64,000 nucleotides of DNA from Patellaria atrata CBS 101060. Taxonomy: Eukaryota. Below are positions 22,895-35,891 of the stretch, piece after piece; the first letter of the stretch is position 1, and every line of letters starts with the position of its first letter. The notes beneath the pieces are model-generated. The model worked only from the letters and a program-made list of their open reading frames with translations. It had not been told where the DNA came from and searched no databases. A program made the position numbers and the translations under genes. The stretch covers positions 1,577,817 through 1,641,816 of the forward strand of contig MU006090.1 of NCBI GenBank assembly GCA_010093705.1, read 5' to 3'.

Positions 22895-23416
22895 GGGGAC
22901 TGTTATTTTGACACCCCCCTTTTTATAAGTTGACACCCTCTCCTTCCTACATTGACATCCCCTTCTAAAAAGGGAAGGAGACTAACCTAAAGAGGAAATT
23001 AAATAAAGTATACCTTATACTTACCCTCTAGCAGGGGGTCTCCTTCCGTTTTATTACAGTTTTCAACGCTTCACCTCAAATCTATGCTAGTAGCTCAGAT
23101 ACGTGCTCAGAGTCCGCTCAAACACGTGCTCAGATACGGCACCAGACTCAGCTCAAATTCGTGGTCAGATACAGCATCAGATACGGCTCAAATTTAATGC
23201 TCGGCCAGATAGGACCTTAAGTTCAGCTAGTATCTTACGGGGATATACCTAATTTTAGCTATATTAAGGTTTTGAATTTTGGTGCTATAAGAAATTAGCT
23301 TTGCACGCGCCCTTCACAACGAAAAGTCAGACTGCCGCTTTAGGTTAGTCTCCTTCCCTTTTTAGGGGAGGGGGGTGTCAATGTAGTAGAGAAGGGGTGT
23401 CAAAATAACAGTCTCC
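22895..23416. mobile_element. Non-autonomous TIR DNA transposon (MITE, 522 bp; Mutator- or Merlin-like)
   Basis: Left end GGGGACTGTTATTTTGACACCCC, right end reverse complement GGAGACTGTTATTTTGACACCCC. TIR similarity extends ~80-95 bp through CTAAAAAGGGAAGGAGACTAACCTAAAG. 8-bp TSD TAGTTAAT (22887-22894, 23417-23424). No ORF. Confidence 0.92.
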
Positions 23417-23520
23417 TAGTTAATTATATCACCGCCAGGTTTTTTATAGTACAGGCTTTGTTTGTCTATCAAATTCCTCATCTCGCCACCGCTTCACCTG
23501 AGTGATTATCTTTCACGCGC

Positions 23521-24724
23521 TCACCTGTTCACGGCTCCCTTCGCCATCATGAACGCTGAGTGTGCCAGACTCCCCCTCGCTGCCTTGACCTGCTCGGAGA
23601 AGAAAGTCGGGATGGCGATCATATCGGCTGCCACGGAGATCTGCACTCTATCAGCCTCGCTCAACCCAACCCAATTCAGCTCCCCCTCCCCCGGGGCACT
23701 TTCTTGGGATACATACCATATTAAACCCCTGATCGGCATACTCTCTGGCCTGCGCACCAGAGGTACAGTAGATCCCCGTCGCCTTGCCGTTATCCTGCGC
23801 GGCCTGTCTGATGCGCGAGATGGCGGTCGTCAGCTCGTCGTGCAGGGTGCCGTCGAGGATCGGGCGGTCGATGTTGTTGCCGAGGTCGTAGGGACCGATA
23901 AGGAGGACGTCGACGCCGGGGACGCGGGCGATCTCGTCGACCTGGTGGGGTGGGGATGTTAGGGGAGGAGTCTTTTGAGGGAGGGGGGCGGGGGTTGTAT
24001 ATAGGGCCAATGTAGGGGTAATATGGGGGTATGGGGTGTGGTTAAGGTATTATGTCAGGTTTAGGTTAAGGAGCCTTACACTCTGCAGCGCCTCCTTCGT
24101 CTCAATCTGCACGATCGTAACCAGCGAGTCGTTCGCCTGCTGCAAGTACTCCGTCTGCGATACCGCCGCCGACGCGGTGTTGAAGGCGTTCATGGCGAAA
24201 GGGGAGCCGAAGCCACGTTGGCCGAGGGGAGGGAACTTCGCGGATCGCACGAGGCGCCGGCAGTCCTCGGGGGTGTAGATCAGGGGGACGACAATGCCGT
24301 GGGCGCCGGCGTCGAGGGCGCCTTTGGGTGGTTAGTTCCCTGTGTTTGTGGGAGGGGGGGAAGAGGAGGACATACGCTTTACCATCCACCCTTCGTTCGC
24401 TGCTATGCGGACGATGGGACTGACGCCGGTTCCGGCGATCGCGGCTACGGCTTCATGCATTGCGCCATCTGGGAGTTCTTTGAGCTGGAGGCGGGCATGG
24501 GGTTGGGATTTGCGAACCGTCGATGTTGCCGTGCTCAGTGTCGACGCAGATCCAGTCAACGGGCGTGCTGGCGATTGCGCGGGAGTGGTTGGCTCCTGGG
24601 AGCATCTGGAGTGTATGTGTTAGTAATTGTTCATAGTTGTCGGATTTGGACACCGTACCTGCCATGCTCCAAAGGTAGTATTGCCCTTCTTCAAAGCTCT
24701 CTGTAGGCGGTTTGCAGCCTGCAT
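23521..24724 (-). CDS. HpcH/HpaI class II aldolase (2-keto-3-deoxy-sugar-acid aldolase-like), 6 exons
   Basis: DWICVDTEHG, VSPIVRI, KRALDAGAHGIVVP, KFPPLGQRGFG, IVQIETKEAL, VPGVDVLLIGPYDL across five GT-AG introns. Confidence 0.92.
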
Positions 24725-25111
24725 GGTAGATGATGATATATCAATGACAAGATACGGAGGTATGAAGCTTAAGGGGAATGGCTGGTCTGTCGAATAGAGT
24801 ATGTGCAGTTTTGGAGCCAGAGCGGATATTATGTACACCTATGTTTTGATAGAGGTGCCCCTCCAACGTCATTTCGTAAACATGACCCCGCTGTACATTC
24901 AGCCCCTGATGTACAGTCGGAGCAAACAACCGGTGGATCTTCCGCCGAATGCATTCGTGGCTCCGTACAGTAGGGGAATAAGATCTTAGTATAGTCGAGG
25001 ATGTATTTGTACAGGATAATGCCATACATCGATCCAGTCGTATAGTTCTCGAAAGGGTCCAAACAGAGCTTGAGACCTTGAGTGGGTTGGGTACGTGTAC
25101 GGTCAAAGGAA

Positions 25112-25488
25112 TTATCTCTGGGTTGTATCTTTCTCAACTTCGTTCATTAGTCGTTTAACTTGCTTTTCGGTGAATCGATGCATCAGCTTCCTTGCTGCCG
25201 CTGTTGTCGCAAATGGTGTGGTGTTCCTCTCAACGTGGATCTAAAGGAAGTAAGTATCATGGCAAAAGCAGCACGGTATTTGTATAGGCGTACAACTGGA
25301 GTATCAAACTCATAGTGATTCCTCCATTTCTCCTGTCCTGGACTCATGACATCCGTCTCAGTGTAAGCGAATGGTCGCGTGTCCCAGACATCGGAGAGTA
25401 CAGCTTTGGCAGACGTGCATAGAGAGCAATTGGGGCGAGTGAACAAGGTGATGTGAACCTGCTGTAGGAGTCGACGTGTTGCTATCAT
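25112..25488 (-). CDS. Glutaredoxin-like protein (DUF836 type, probably mitochondrial)
   Basis: ITLFTRPNCSLC (CxxC), YEFDTPV|IHVE across an intron, KLMHRFTE. Short basic N-terminus. Confidence 0.85.
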
Positions 25489-25695
25489 GTTTAGATTGTG
25501 TATAGTGAAGATGATAGAGATCGCGTTTCTATTCTACGCGTACATAGAAACTTGAAGAATCACATCGGTGAAGAGCTCCATAGCACGGACCAGCTGCAGC
25601 AACTATTTTTCGAAATATCGCTGACAACTCTGAGCTTACAGGAAGCCTACATTTTCTCATATATCTTAGCATAGTCCTAACTATCTCTACTCACA

Positions 25696-26842
25696 ATGGC
25701 TCAAAAGTGCGTACATAAGGGTTGCGGTAAAGTGTTTACGGATGAGAACGATGACTGCGTCTATCATCCCGGCCCTCCAGTATGTTTCAATCCCGCCAAA
25801 ACTTACGAGCTTCCTGGAAAATTAATCTAAGTACAGGTTTTCCACGAAGGCCAGAAAGGTGTCTGACGCCCCATTTCATTTCCCTGAGCGTATAACTCTG
25901 CGACCTGAATTGTTTACTGACCCTCCTCAGGTTGGAAATGCTGCAAGCCTCGCGTTCTGACATTCGACGAATTCCTCACCATACCGCCATGTACAACTGG
26001 CAAGCATTCTACTGTAGATGATACACCTATGGAACCTCCTAAACCTGCTGCTGAAGTGCCACCCACCCCCGAACCCGCTATCTCCGCACCCATTCCCCGA
26101 TTACCGACTAAAGCTCCCGCCACCGCTCAACCGCGTGCCGCACAGTCGCCAGCACCTCCAGTAGAGACGGAGGATGACGAACCGGGACTACAAATAGCGG
26201 AGGGTAAGGAATGTAGGCGACGTGGTTGCAATAATAAGTACGATTCGAGCATTGGGAGGTCAGACGATGAGAACTGCGTACATCATCCAGGGCATCCGAT
26301 CTTCCACGAGGGCAGCAAGGGATGGACATGCTGCAAGAAGCGTGTGCTAGACTTTAATGACTTCTTGGGTATTGAGGGGTGTAAGACGAGGTCAAGGCAT
26401 TTGTTTGTTGGTAGTGGGGGAAAGAAGAAGGGAGACGGTGGTGGTGAGGAGGTTTTGGAGTCAGTCAGGTTAGTAGTCCCATCTATCTGCGTACTGGTAT
26501 AGAATGAAGCTTATCGGATGGAATAGACACGATTTCTATCAAACTAGCTCTACGGTCATCGCATCTTTCTTCTTGAAGAAAATCGACAAGGAGAACTCGA
26601 GCATTTCATTCCCGGATTCTTCGACCGTCAGACTAGACCTTATAACCTCAGACAAGAAACGGTTCAAGAAAGATGTTGCTCTCTACGCATCTATCGACAC
26701 TGGGAAGAGCTCCTTCAAGATTCTCGGAACGAAGCTGGAGCTAAACCTCGTCAAGGCAGATGGAACTGGTTGGCCCGTCCTGCGTGCTGAAGACCCATTG
26801 ACGGGAGAAATCATTCAAGCGGGAGGAGCGGGGCGGGCATGA
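25696..26842 (+). CDS. CHORD-CHORD-CS protein (Chp1/RAR1-like Hsp90 co-chaperone)
   Basis: CHORD1 CVHKGC...[21 protein letters not shown]; CHORD2 CRRRGC...CVHHPGHPIFHEGSKGWTCCK; CS domain RHDFYQT...TKLELNLVKADG. Three introns. Confidence 0.93.
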
Positions 26843-26885
26843 AATGGAGTATTGTTGGAGAATAAAGAGCGAGGTTACGAGAGTT

Positions 26886-26922
26886 ATGATGATGATGATG
26901 ATGATGATGACGATGATGATGA
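26886..26922 (+). repeat. (GAT)n microsatellite in the 3' region of the CHORD gene
   Basis: About 12 GAT units with one GAC interruption. Confidence 0.85.
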
Positions 26923-27556
26923 GATGTAGACGATGAAATGTCAGACTGTTGGCGGAGTATCCCAAATAGGAAGTCCAGTCCTTGAATATTAACCCCTTAT
27001 TGATAGAGGAGTTCTTTAGGGGATAAAGTGCCTTTTCCTTCATATGCACTGCTGTTACAATACATATATGCTTGAGTTAATTTTTGTACTTGTACGCTTC
27101 ATACAGTAGCACATCAATTGGCAGTATGAAACGTCGATTATGATGAATACTTCAATAAGATACTCCGTAAGGTAGTTGTCCTGTTTCGAAACGGATAGCA
27201 GAGTCGCAGACGTTAGGTTGGATCGGCTAGCCGCTAAGATTAGTGGGGGCTTCGTTTCCGCACGGGCAAGCTTTGGCCACGTCGCGATCCCCGAATTTCC
27301 TCAATTGCAACCACACCCAGGAGTCTTCGATCTGTTAGCAACACGAATGAAATTACACCGCGAAAAAATGTCTGCACAGCTGTTTTCCCCCTGATACAAC
27401 GTATCCCGTTCTTTAGGACGCAGCATTGAGCTCGCGCATTCATTCGTGCTGTATCTGTTTGCGCTGTCCGTACTTTTATTGTTCTCATATGTTCATTGCC
27501 GGCGTATCGTTCAACATCTTCATGTTTAATTGTTGAATCTGTCGCCATACATCAAG

Positions 27557-30028
27557 ATGGTTGAAATCAAGGGTCCAACAAATCTCAAGGATGCGCAACC
27601 ACCTTCAATGCCATCGCCGACCCTTACCAATCCCGACATGATCTTACCATCGCGCTTCGACGAGAATATGTCTGAATATGGCGGAAGTCAGTTCCAAGCT
27701 GAGCGTCCTCCTTCAGTATCAGACTATCTGCAGCATGTACGACGTCCTTCCTCAGTAACAAGCGTTACCGATCAATCTCAGCGACGTAACAGTCGATCAT
27801 CAGCCTCGACTCCTTCTACAACCCGCTCAGCGACCACACCTACTGCCGATCAGCGTCACGATCAAACCACGCCAACGATGCAATACAGCCGGGGTTATAC
27901 CCTAGCATCTTCACCAACTCTAAGAGATACTCCGCCTAATGGAGCTGTTGATAATCTAAACGGAGAGCGAACTCGGCGATTGAGTAATTCAAGCTCGCTA
28001 AACAGTGAAGAGCTTGAGGAATTGGACTGGTCTCAGTTTGAGAGTAGCACGGACATAGACGAGGCTGAAGGGCCGTCATTCGAACGTAATGGAAGCTTGA
28101 GTGGGCCAACCAGGGTGGATGGTGATAACGATAGCCCGCAACATGATTTCCAGACTGTGGATGATGAAGAGGAGGATGGAGATGCTGAAATGCGCCGCTT
28201 CGAGGCGCATCTAGCTGAAGCTAAGAAGAGGGTAGAAGTAAGCGAAAAGTGGTTTCTTTAATAAATATCTAGGCCTGTTGAGGATCACACTGACATTCGG
28301 TAGATGATGGGTAGTAATATCAAAGGCGTGCGGGAATCTATGGTTACTACGTCACCCTCCTTGGGTTCTTTACGAACTTCATTTCAACTTTCTGCGCGTT
28401 TTAAGGATACCTCAGATTTGCATAAGCAAGTTCTCACTGGCAGAGACCGTATGTATTCTTCCAGTCCGCGATACTCTACAATTGGGTCCTCTCCACTATC
28501 CTCTTCACCACTATCATCTAGCGGGAGTCCTCAGCATGGTAGGGTATCTAGCGAAACATCGGTACCATCTCCTCTGGCAAGGCTCCCTTTGCGTGTCAAT
28601 ACCCCCAATACTCGATCTTTCAGTGCACTCGGTATGCAAAGTACAGGCTGGACTTCGCCTATAACACACAATCGTAAGGAAGACGTTTCGAGGTCCGATA
28701 AATTTGGCTTAGAACGTAAATCTTCGATTGAAAGGAGGGTTAGCTTAACAAGTCCAACTATGCCACATCACGATGATGCTGAGTATGATGAGTCTGGATT
28801 ACGGATATTCCGATTAAATAGCGTACGGTCATCCGAACATCCCTTGCGTCAACCCAAAGCTTCCCCCACACCACCTCCAGCCCTGGAACCGGTATTAGAG
28901 GAGGAATCTCCGTCAAAGACTTTGCGCAGATCCTCGTCTCTTGCCGTCGGTTCTGTGACTGAAACTCTGGAGAAGCTGAACCGCAAAGTATCCAGTTTAC
29001 GTGAGAGTGTGCAGGCAGACAGACTAAAGAGACGTAGTATGCAAAGTTTGAGGACTCCCAGCCCTTTTACAGATGCAGAAGCGTGGAAAAGCAGCAGTGT
29101 CGGGCACCAATCCCAAGTGTGGAGTCCCGGTGCTACACCTAGCTTTGGTACCAAAGAACCGTCACCCATTAGGCATGAATACCAAGATGGCGAGAGCCTC
29201 AAGAGTCCACAATCGATCAAAGAAGAGCTAAAACCTAGCATTGATCCTATTCCACAAACAGAACATACAGTTAATGGGGAAGAAGAAACAGACGAGACTA
29301 AGACTACCGATGTTAGTGTAGTAAATTACGACGACATCTACGATACCGATAGTTCGGCTGCGAGTGTCTATGAAGACGCAGAAGACGAGCATTTTATCGA
29401 AACAGCAGCCGAGCGCCACGAGGATCGGCCGGATGCATTCGACTATCAGAACTTCTTCTTGCACTCTGCAATGGGAACGTACAGCCGCCAGGGGAGGAGA
29501 TCCAGCTTAGAGTCGTCTTCTTCCGTCGAAACCGCACGTGTGTTATCCCCTGTTCGTCCTCCGTCCTCGGATTCAGTCAGGACAGCATACTATGAGCCAC
29601 CCACCGAGATGATTAAACCGGGGAAATCCAGTAGACCCACCAATGGTCATTCACGGAACGGCAGTGCCCTTTCTGTCTCTACTATGGCAACATTTGAGAC
29701 TGCGATGGAAGGCAGCGACTCTGAACCAGGTTCTCCAGCAAACAGTGACCCGGAAATCATTCCAATGTATTACCCTCTGGGAGACGCGCCGTTCCGTTTG
29801 GATATGCCGTCAAAACTCGTAGATGAGTTGCTCAAGCCTGTACCAGCGAATTATCATATCCGTGCCAAGAGGGAGATTCAAAGCGCCGCAGATAAGCAGC
29901 TCCTGCATGACGCTGTTACCAACATTCAAAAGGTAGCCATTAGCTTTTCCTTGGCCCATACGGATGACCTAGCTACCTGGAGGAGTCGACTTCACAAAAT
30001 GAATAAGATATTGAACGGAGAGGAATGA
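27557..30028 (+). CDS. Uncharacterised Ser/Pro-rich protein (~800 aa), 2 exons
   Basis: Two long ORFs joined in frame by intron 28238-28303 (GTAAGC...CTGAC...TAG). Mostly disordered, with conserved-looking islands PSPTLTNPDMILP and HEDRPDAFDYQNFFLHSAMGTYS. Confidence 0.8.
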
Positions 30029-31616
30029 CTACTTTACGTTTCTATGTAGCGGAATTGCTTCGAATTTCTCGTCCAAATCTTTCTTTCTTTACTTTCTTCT
30101 GTTTTTACATGTACTTATACCAATACCCTTTCTTCCGCGGATTGACTTGCCGAGCGCCTGAGCTAGTCCGCTCATTGTTTGTTCAATTCTTCGCTACGTA
30201 TTGAACGTAGACTAATGTCAGATACCCACGAGTACTTACCTTACGGTACTGTCCAGCGGTACATAAAATAATGTCATATCATGCAAAAGTTCCTCCAAGC
30301 CTTTGTACGGCTTTCAGAGTTTTTCTTCGGACTCCACGTAACTATAATTCAAGTAGTCGGTACGGATACAGTACCCCTCACACGTCAAATATGGAAGAGC
30401 CTTAAGCACGTTGAGTTGGTAATACATGATGAGGAGTCAAATATGTATTTGTTGTCGTGATCCAGCATATACCGACAAGATGGGGGACGAATAGCATGTA
30501 CAGGCATGCCGGCAGAGCATGCGACTCAAGCATGCTCTCGCCGTGTCCGTCAGTGGGTTGTTTCAACGAGCCCCCAAACACCAGAAGCACCAGCATCCTT
30601 TGTATTATCAAATAAAAGTGTGAACAGATCGCCAAACAGACACGCTAAGCCTTGAGAAGTTCCCCATTCGCGCAAATATGGTACAAGGAGATGCAGATTG
30701 ATGCAAATTGTATGCAGACCAGCTCCATCCCACATCCTGAGTGGAGCATCTGGTAAAATGATAGAAGATGCGGTGAGGAACAATTAGGAATGGTTTCGAG
30801 GTTTTGAGGTTCTCCTCGAGGCTCACAGACAGAGTGGGTGATGTCCCCCGTCGTCCGATAGGAGTCTTTCAATCGCTAAATGGTATCAAAACAGAGTTAA
30901 CAGACAAAACCCCCCGTTACCCCCCCCCCAAGGGACCCCTTCACGCCTTAACGCCCATCACGCCTTGACGCCTTGTAACTTGTTGACCCTCGGGAACGCA
31001 CGACTGTCATGCATTGGCAGGTAAGAAAGTTCATGTACACAGCGGGAAGGTTTAAAATTCTTTTTTTTTTTGGTCTTTCCCTATTCTGTACTTGCATAAC
31101 AACAACACCGTTCTGTCCCTTAACCTTACTTTTCCTTTCTATTTCTTCTTTTGTGCGAGGGGCCAAAAAAAAAAAAAAAAAAGAGACAGAAGGGTGTGTG
31201 TGACGAGCTCAAGACGGTTAGCTATCCGTTGGCGTCCCCCGCCAATCAGTGTGTCTAAACCTGTTACAAGCAGCGTGTAACGAGGGCAATCAACACATTC
31301 CCACTTCCTACCTTTAGCCTCCTTCTCCTCCACATATCCTCGCCTTGTGACCCCTTCGCAAGACAACCCCATCGTCGCAGACAGAAACCCGGATTTCTGT
31401 CTATCCCAGAACCATACCTACCACCCGTTTCCTTTACCCCCTTCCTTCTTCCTACTCACCAGGGGAGGCCTTCTGCGTTTCCTTTTACACGCTCACCTCT
31501 CTCCACTATCCGCTACCCGCGTCTACCATCCGTCATTCGTTCTTACCCCACGTCAGGTCCTGCTTCAATGAGCGCAAACTCCTCGTCGCAGTGTGCTACT
31601 ATACGGATTCGTTACC

Positions 31617-34600
31617 ATGGCAGCTTCTGTCGCATCGCCCCTCGACGCACTTCTTCTCAGCGGCGCATTGCAGAGACGAAAGATCCCGCGACGGAAGACT
31701 GGGTGGGTTGAAAGAGACAATTGGGCACAACAACAGCTTCTAGATGATTATATCAAGGCGGATCTTGTGTCGAGCGGTGCTCTATGCCGCTATGATACTG
31801 TAACCGAAACGCATCTGGACACGTCGAACGGACGAGCAGACGCACCTTCGAGATCGGTACGAGAATTCACAATTTCTTCCGATTTTCCCATCTTTTCGTA
31901 TTTTGCTTGTGTGTGTTTGTGTGTGTGTTTCCAAAACCGAGCAGACGCCCGTGTGCGGTCATTGCTCTCTTCCCGTCTGAAGACTAAATTGAGCTTCGCT
32001 CTAACCTCGATAAGCGATCGCAGTGCCCGCATTATTCCACAAATACTCTGTACGAGAAGTTCGAAAGTGTGTTGGAGTTATGGAGGAGACCAGATCTACA
32101 CCTCGGAATCGCTCCTCCCGCGTACGGGGATTATGCCCAAGACGCGCCTCCAGAATACGCTGCCACCGAATCCATAGCGACCCAACAGGTTTGGGATGCG
32201 GATATTGAACCCCCACCATACGATGCTGTGAATCCATCCAAGCAGCGCCATCCTTCACTAATTACCGATCCTAATGCTTCTGCTGAAATTGACTTTACGT
32301 CTACTGATCATCTTCGATCTCACGCGAAAAAGAAAAAGAACAATAACGCACCGAAGAATAACAACAATAATAATAATAAGAAGGCAGACGAGCCAGAAAA
32401 AAAAGAGGATGAAGCACCTCCCGAAGAGAATGACGATAAAACTAAAGATGGTGCAGGTAACGGTGGAGATGGGGGTGGAGACGAAGGCGGTGGTGGTGGC
32501 GATGAAGGGGGTGATAATGAAGATGTTTGGGGTTTCGCAAGCGCTAGTAAAAAGAAGAAGAAAGGTAAGAGTGCCAAGAAGGAGGAAGAGGAGGAAAAGA
32601 AAAGACAGGAAGAAGAGGAGAGGAAGAAGAAAGAAGAAGAGGAAGAGGCTGAAAGGAAGCGGATCGAGGAGGAGGAAGAAGCGGAAAGGAAGAAAAAGGA
32701 GGAGGAGGAAGCTGCGGCCGCTGCAACAGCTACGGATCCCTGGGCCGATACGACAGCCGATGGAAATGGGGAAGATGCCTGGGGTGGATTCACGGCGACA
32801 TCAAACAAAAAGAAGAAAGGGAAGAAGGGAAAGGTCGGTTTCTATCATTTGGGTGAGGTGTTCAAGTATGAAAATTGACGAAGTTGCAGGCCGCGGATCC
32901 GCTGCCACCTCCTCCACCCCCTGAACCGGAGCCGCCAATCGAAGAAATAAAGACCGATCATCTAGGAATGGACGACATAAATCTTGATGATGATACAAGA
33001 GCTCCCAAACTTGACCTCAATTTCGGATCAACCACTGAGCCGAAATCAACCTCCGGCTTCGGTTTCGGAGGTTGGGGCTGGGGAGGTGGAAGCAAGTGGA
33101 GTTTCGATTCAGGCGAGAAAGAGAAAGAAAAGGAGAAGGACACGACTGTTGATAGTAGTTCTTGGAGTTTCGGTAGCCTGGGAGGGAAAAAGGACAGAGA
33201 CAAGAAAAAAGAGACCGGCAGCAGCAGCTTCGATTTCAACTTCGACGGCCTGGGCGCAGACCTTGGTACCGCTCCAATGACAACGGAGACGAAGGAGCCG
33301 GACGATGACCCATGGGGTTTCGTATCTTCAAAAAGCACGAAGAAAAAGAAAGGTGGATTGACCGAAGAGATAGTCCCCGATCCTGTGATCATCGATGTTG
33401 GCATCAAAGAGGAACCGAAGGAGGAAGACACTTGGAGCGGAGGTTGGGGTGCACCTAAATCAACTAAGAAGGGTAGCAAGAAGAAAGCCGTAGAGGTGGT
33501 AGAAGAAACCCCTCCAGCCCCTCCAATTTCTCCACCTCCACCTGCAGAGCCTGAACCACTTCCTAATGATGATAATTGGGGTTTCACTCCAACAATAACG
33601 ACAAGCAAAAATAAGAAGAAGAAAAAAGGTGCTAAGGAGGAGCCAGCGAAGATCGAAGAACCTGTAGTTGTACCCGAGCTCGAACCTGAGCCCGAACCCG
33701 AACCCGAACCCGTTGTTGTTGAAGCTGTCGTAGCAGCTCCTCCAGAGGACGATGGTTTTGGCATATTGGGAGGCAGCAGCAAGAAGAGCAAAAAGAAAAA
33801 GGGAGCCAAGGCAGACCCGCCTAAGGTTGAAGAACCGGCCGTTGTCGTAGTGCCAGAGCCAGAGCCCGAGCCCGAACCCGTTGTGGAAGCTCCCAAGGAA
33901 CCTCCAAAAGATGAGAACACGTATGAATTTGGTGGGTTTGGCACAAGCAGTAAAGATAAGAAAAAGAAAAAGAAAAAGGAAGCGGCATCAGCGGCCCCTA
34001 TTATTCCTGAACCCGACCCTGAGCCAGCTCCAGAGGAACTTGTCACTGTTATTGACGTAAATCCTGAGCCTAGCAAGGATATCACCGATGATTGGGGCGA
34101 TGGGTGGGCTGATACAACTACAACTACAACCAAGGACAAGAAGAAGAAAAAGGGGGCAAAAACAGCAGAGCCAGAACCCCTTCCTCCACCCGCACCTCCA
34201 CCACCTCCAGCTGTTCCGGAACAAGTTGAAGAAGAACCAGCGAATGACAGTAGTTGGGGATTTGGTTGGGGTAGCACCAAAAAGGACGAGAAAAAGAAAG
34301 GAAAGAAGAGTAAAGCTGCTGAACTTGAGCCGACACCACCTCCACCTCCACCTCCACCTGAACCGATTGTAGAGATCGTAGAGGAAACGACAATCATGAA
34401 ACCAGATGCCGTTGATGAGCCCAAGGTCGAGGGGGAAGAGGACTTTGGGACAGGCTGGGGTTTCGGTAAGAAGAACAAAAAGAAGATGTCGAAAAAGGCA
34501 GATGTACCTGTCGAAGTGGTTGAGGAGAAAGCTACAGATGTGGTTGTCCAACCAGACGCTATCACGGAGGAGAAACCAGAGGAAGAAGGATTTTGGGGTA

Positions 34601-35855
34601 CTGGAAAGAAGAAAAAGGGCAAGAAGACCCCAATAAATGCCCCTCCAGTGGATTCACCACCTCCTGAAACCGTTGAAGCGCCAGCTCCGCTTGCTATAGA
34701 AGCTCCCCCAGAACCGGAGCCTCGGCCAGAACCGGAACCAGCGCCTGTTGAAGAAACATGGGCTGCTCCAGTTACTGGAAAGAAAAAGAAGACCAAAAAG
34801 GGATCTGTAAGCAAGGAAGTGCCGAAAAAGGATAGCAATGCCCTTGAGAAGAAGATCTCGAAGACTTCCAAAGCCTCTGCGGATGACTTCCAGATCGTGG
34901 AGGAAGAGAAGGAGCCCGAACCAGAGCCAGAACCGGAACCAGCGCCAGAGCCAGAGCCAGAGCCTGTAGTTCCACCTGAACCAGAACCGGAACCCATCCC
35001 GGATCCACCCAAAGAGGAAGAAGAGGAGACTGCTGCGGGCGGCATCTCGAGCTTTTTTAGTTCTTGGGGTGGAGTTGGTAAAAAGAAGTCTAAAGCAACA
35101 CAGGAAAAAGAAAAGAAGGAAAAAGAGAAGAAGGAACGAGAAGAGAGGGAGAGGAAGGAGCGAGAAGAACAGGAAGAACAGGAGCGGCTCAAGGCGGAGG
35201 CTGAGCGTCTTGAACGAGAGGCTGAAGAAGCTGCTGCTGAACTGGCTCGAATCGAAGCTGAAGAAGCTGCTGAGAAAGCTAGGAAAGAAGCCGAAGAAGC
35301 GGAGAAGGCGAAAGCTTTGGACCCTAACGAGATTCTAGAAATTGTCGATGAAGCTCCAATCGGGAAGAAGAAAAAGAAAAAGAAGGAGAAGGCTACAAGT
35401 AGTAAAGCGGACGCTGCAGTAGTGAAAGAGGTTGCTCCCGTGGTTCCACCACCACCGGCACTGCTTACAGAGGACGAGCTGATCGCTGCCGCAGTCGCTT
35501 CAGTACCAGAGGCAGATCTTCTCGATCTATTAGAAGAGACGAAACCAAAGAAAGAAAAAGCGACAGAAAGTGGGTGGGGAAGTAAGTTTGGGGTGTCTTT
35601 GAAGAGCACTAACAACAAGAAAAACAAGTTAGCAGAGCCTAAAACGGTAGTCGATGAAGCAGCCAATGGGAAGCGTTCGCTTGACATCTTACCTTTAGAC
35701 GAGAAGCCTCTGGAAGATGCGGCTGACGAGATTCCGCCACCGCCCAAGGCAACAGCAAAGACGAATCCGCCGATTGCAAAAGGTTCCATCGCAGAGAGAA
35801 TAAAAGCTCTACAAGGTGCTTTTGCGGATGATAAAAAAACATCAGCATCGGCTGT

Positions 35856-35891
<36 letters not shown>

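Noticed and set aside
5408..24724. Secondary-metabolite cluster (TF + BVMO + MFS + aldolase)
   Set aside because: No PKS, NRPS or terpene backbone gene; the MFS is dead; genes are widely spaced with unrelated loci between.
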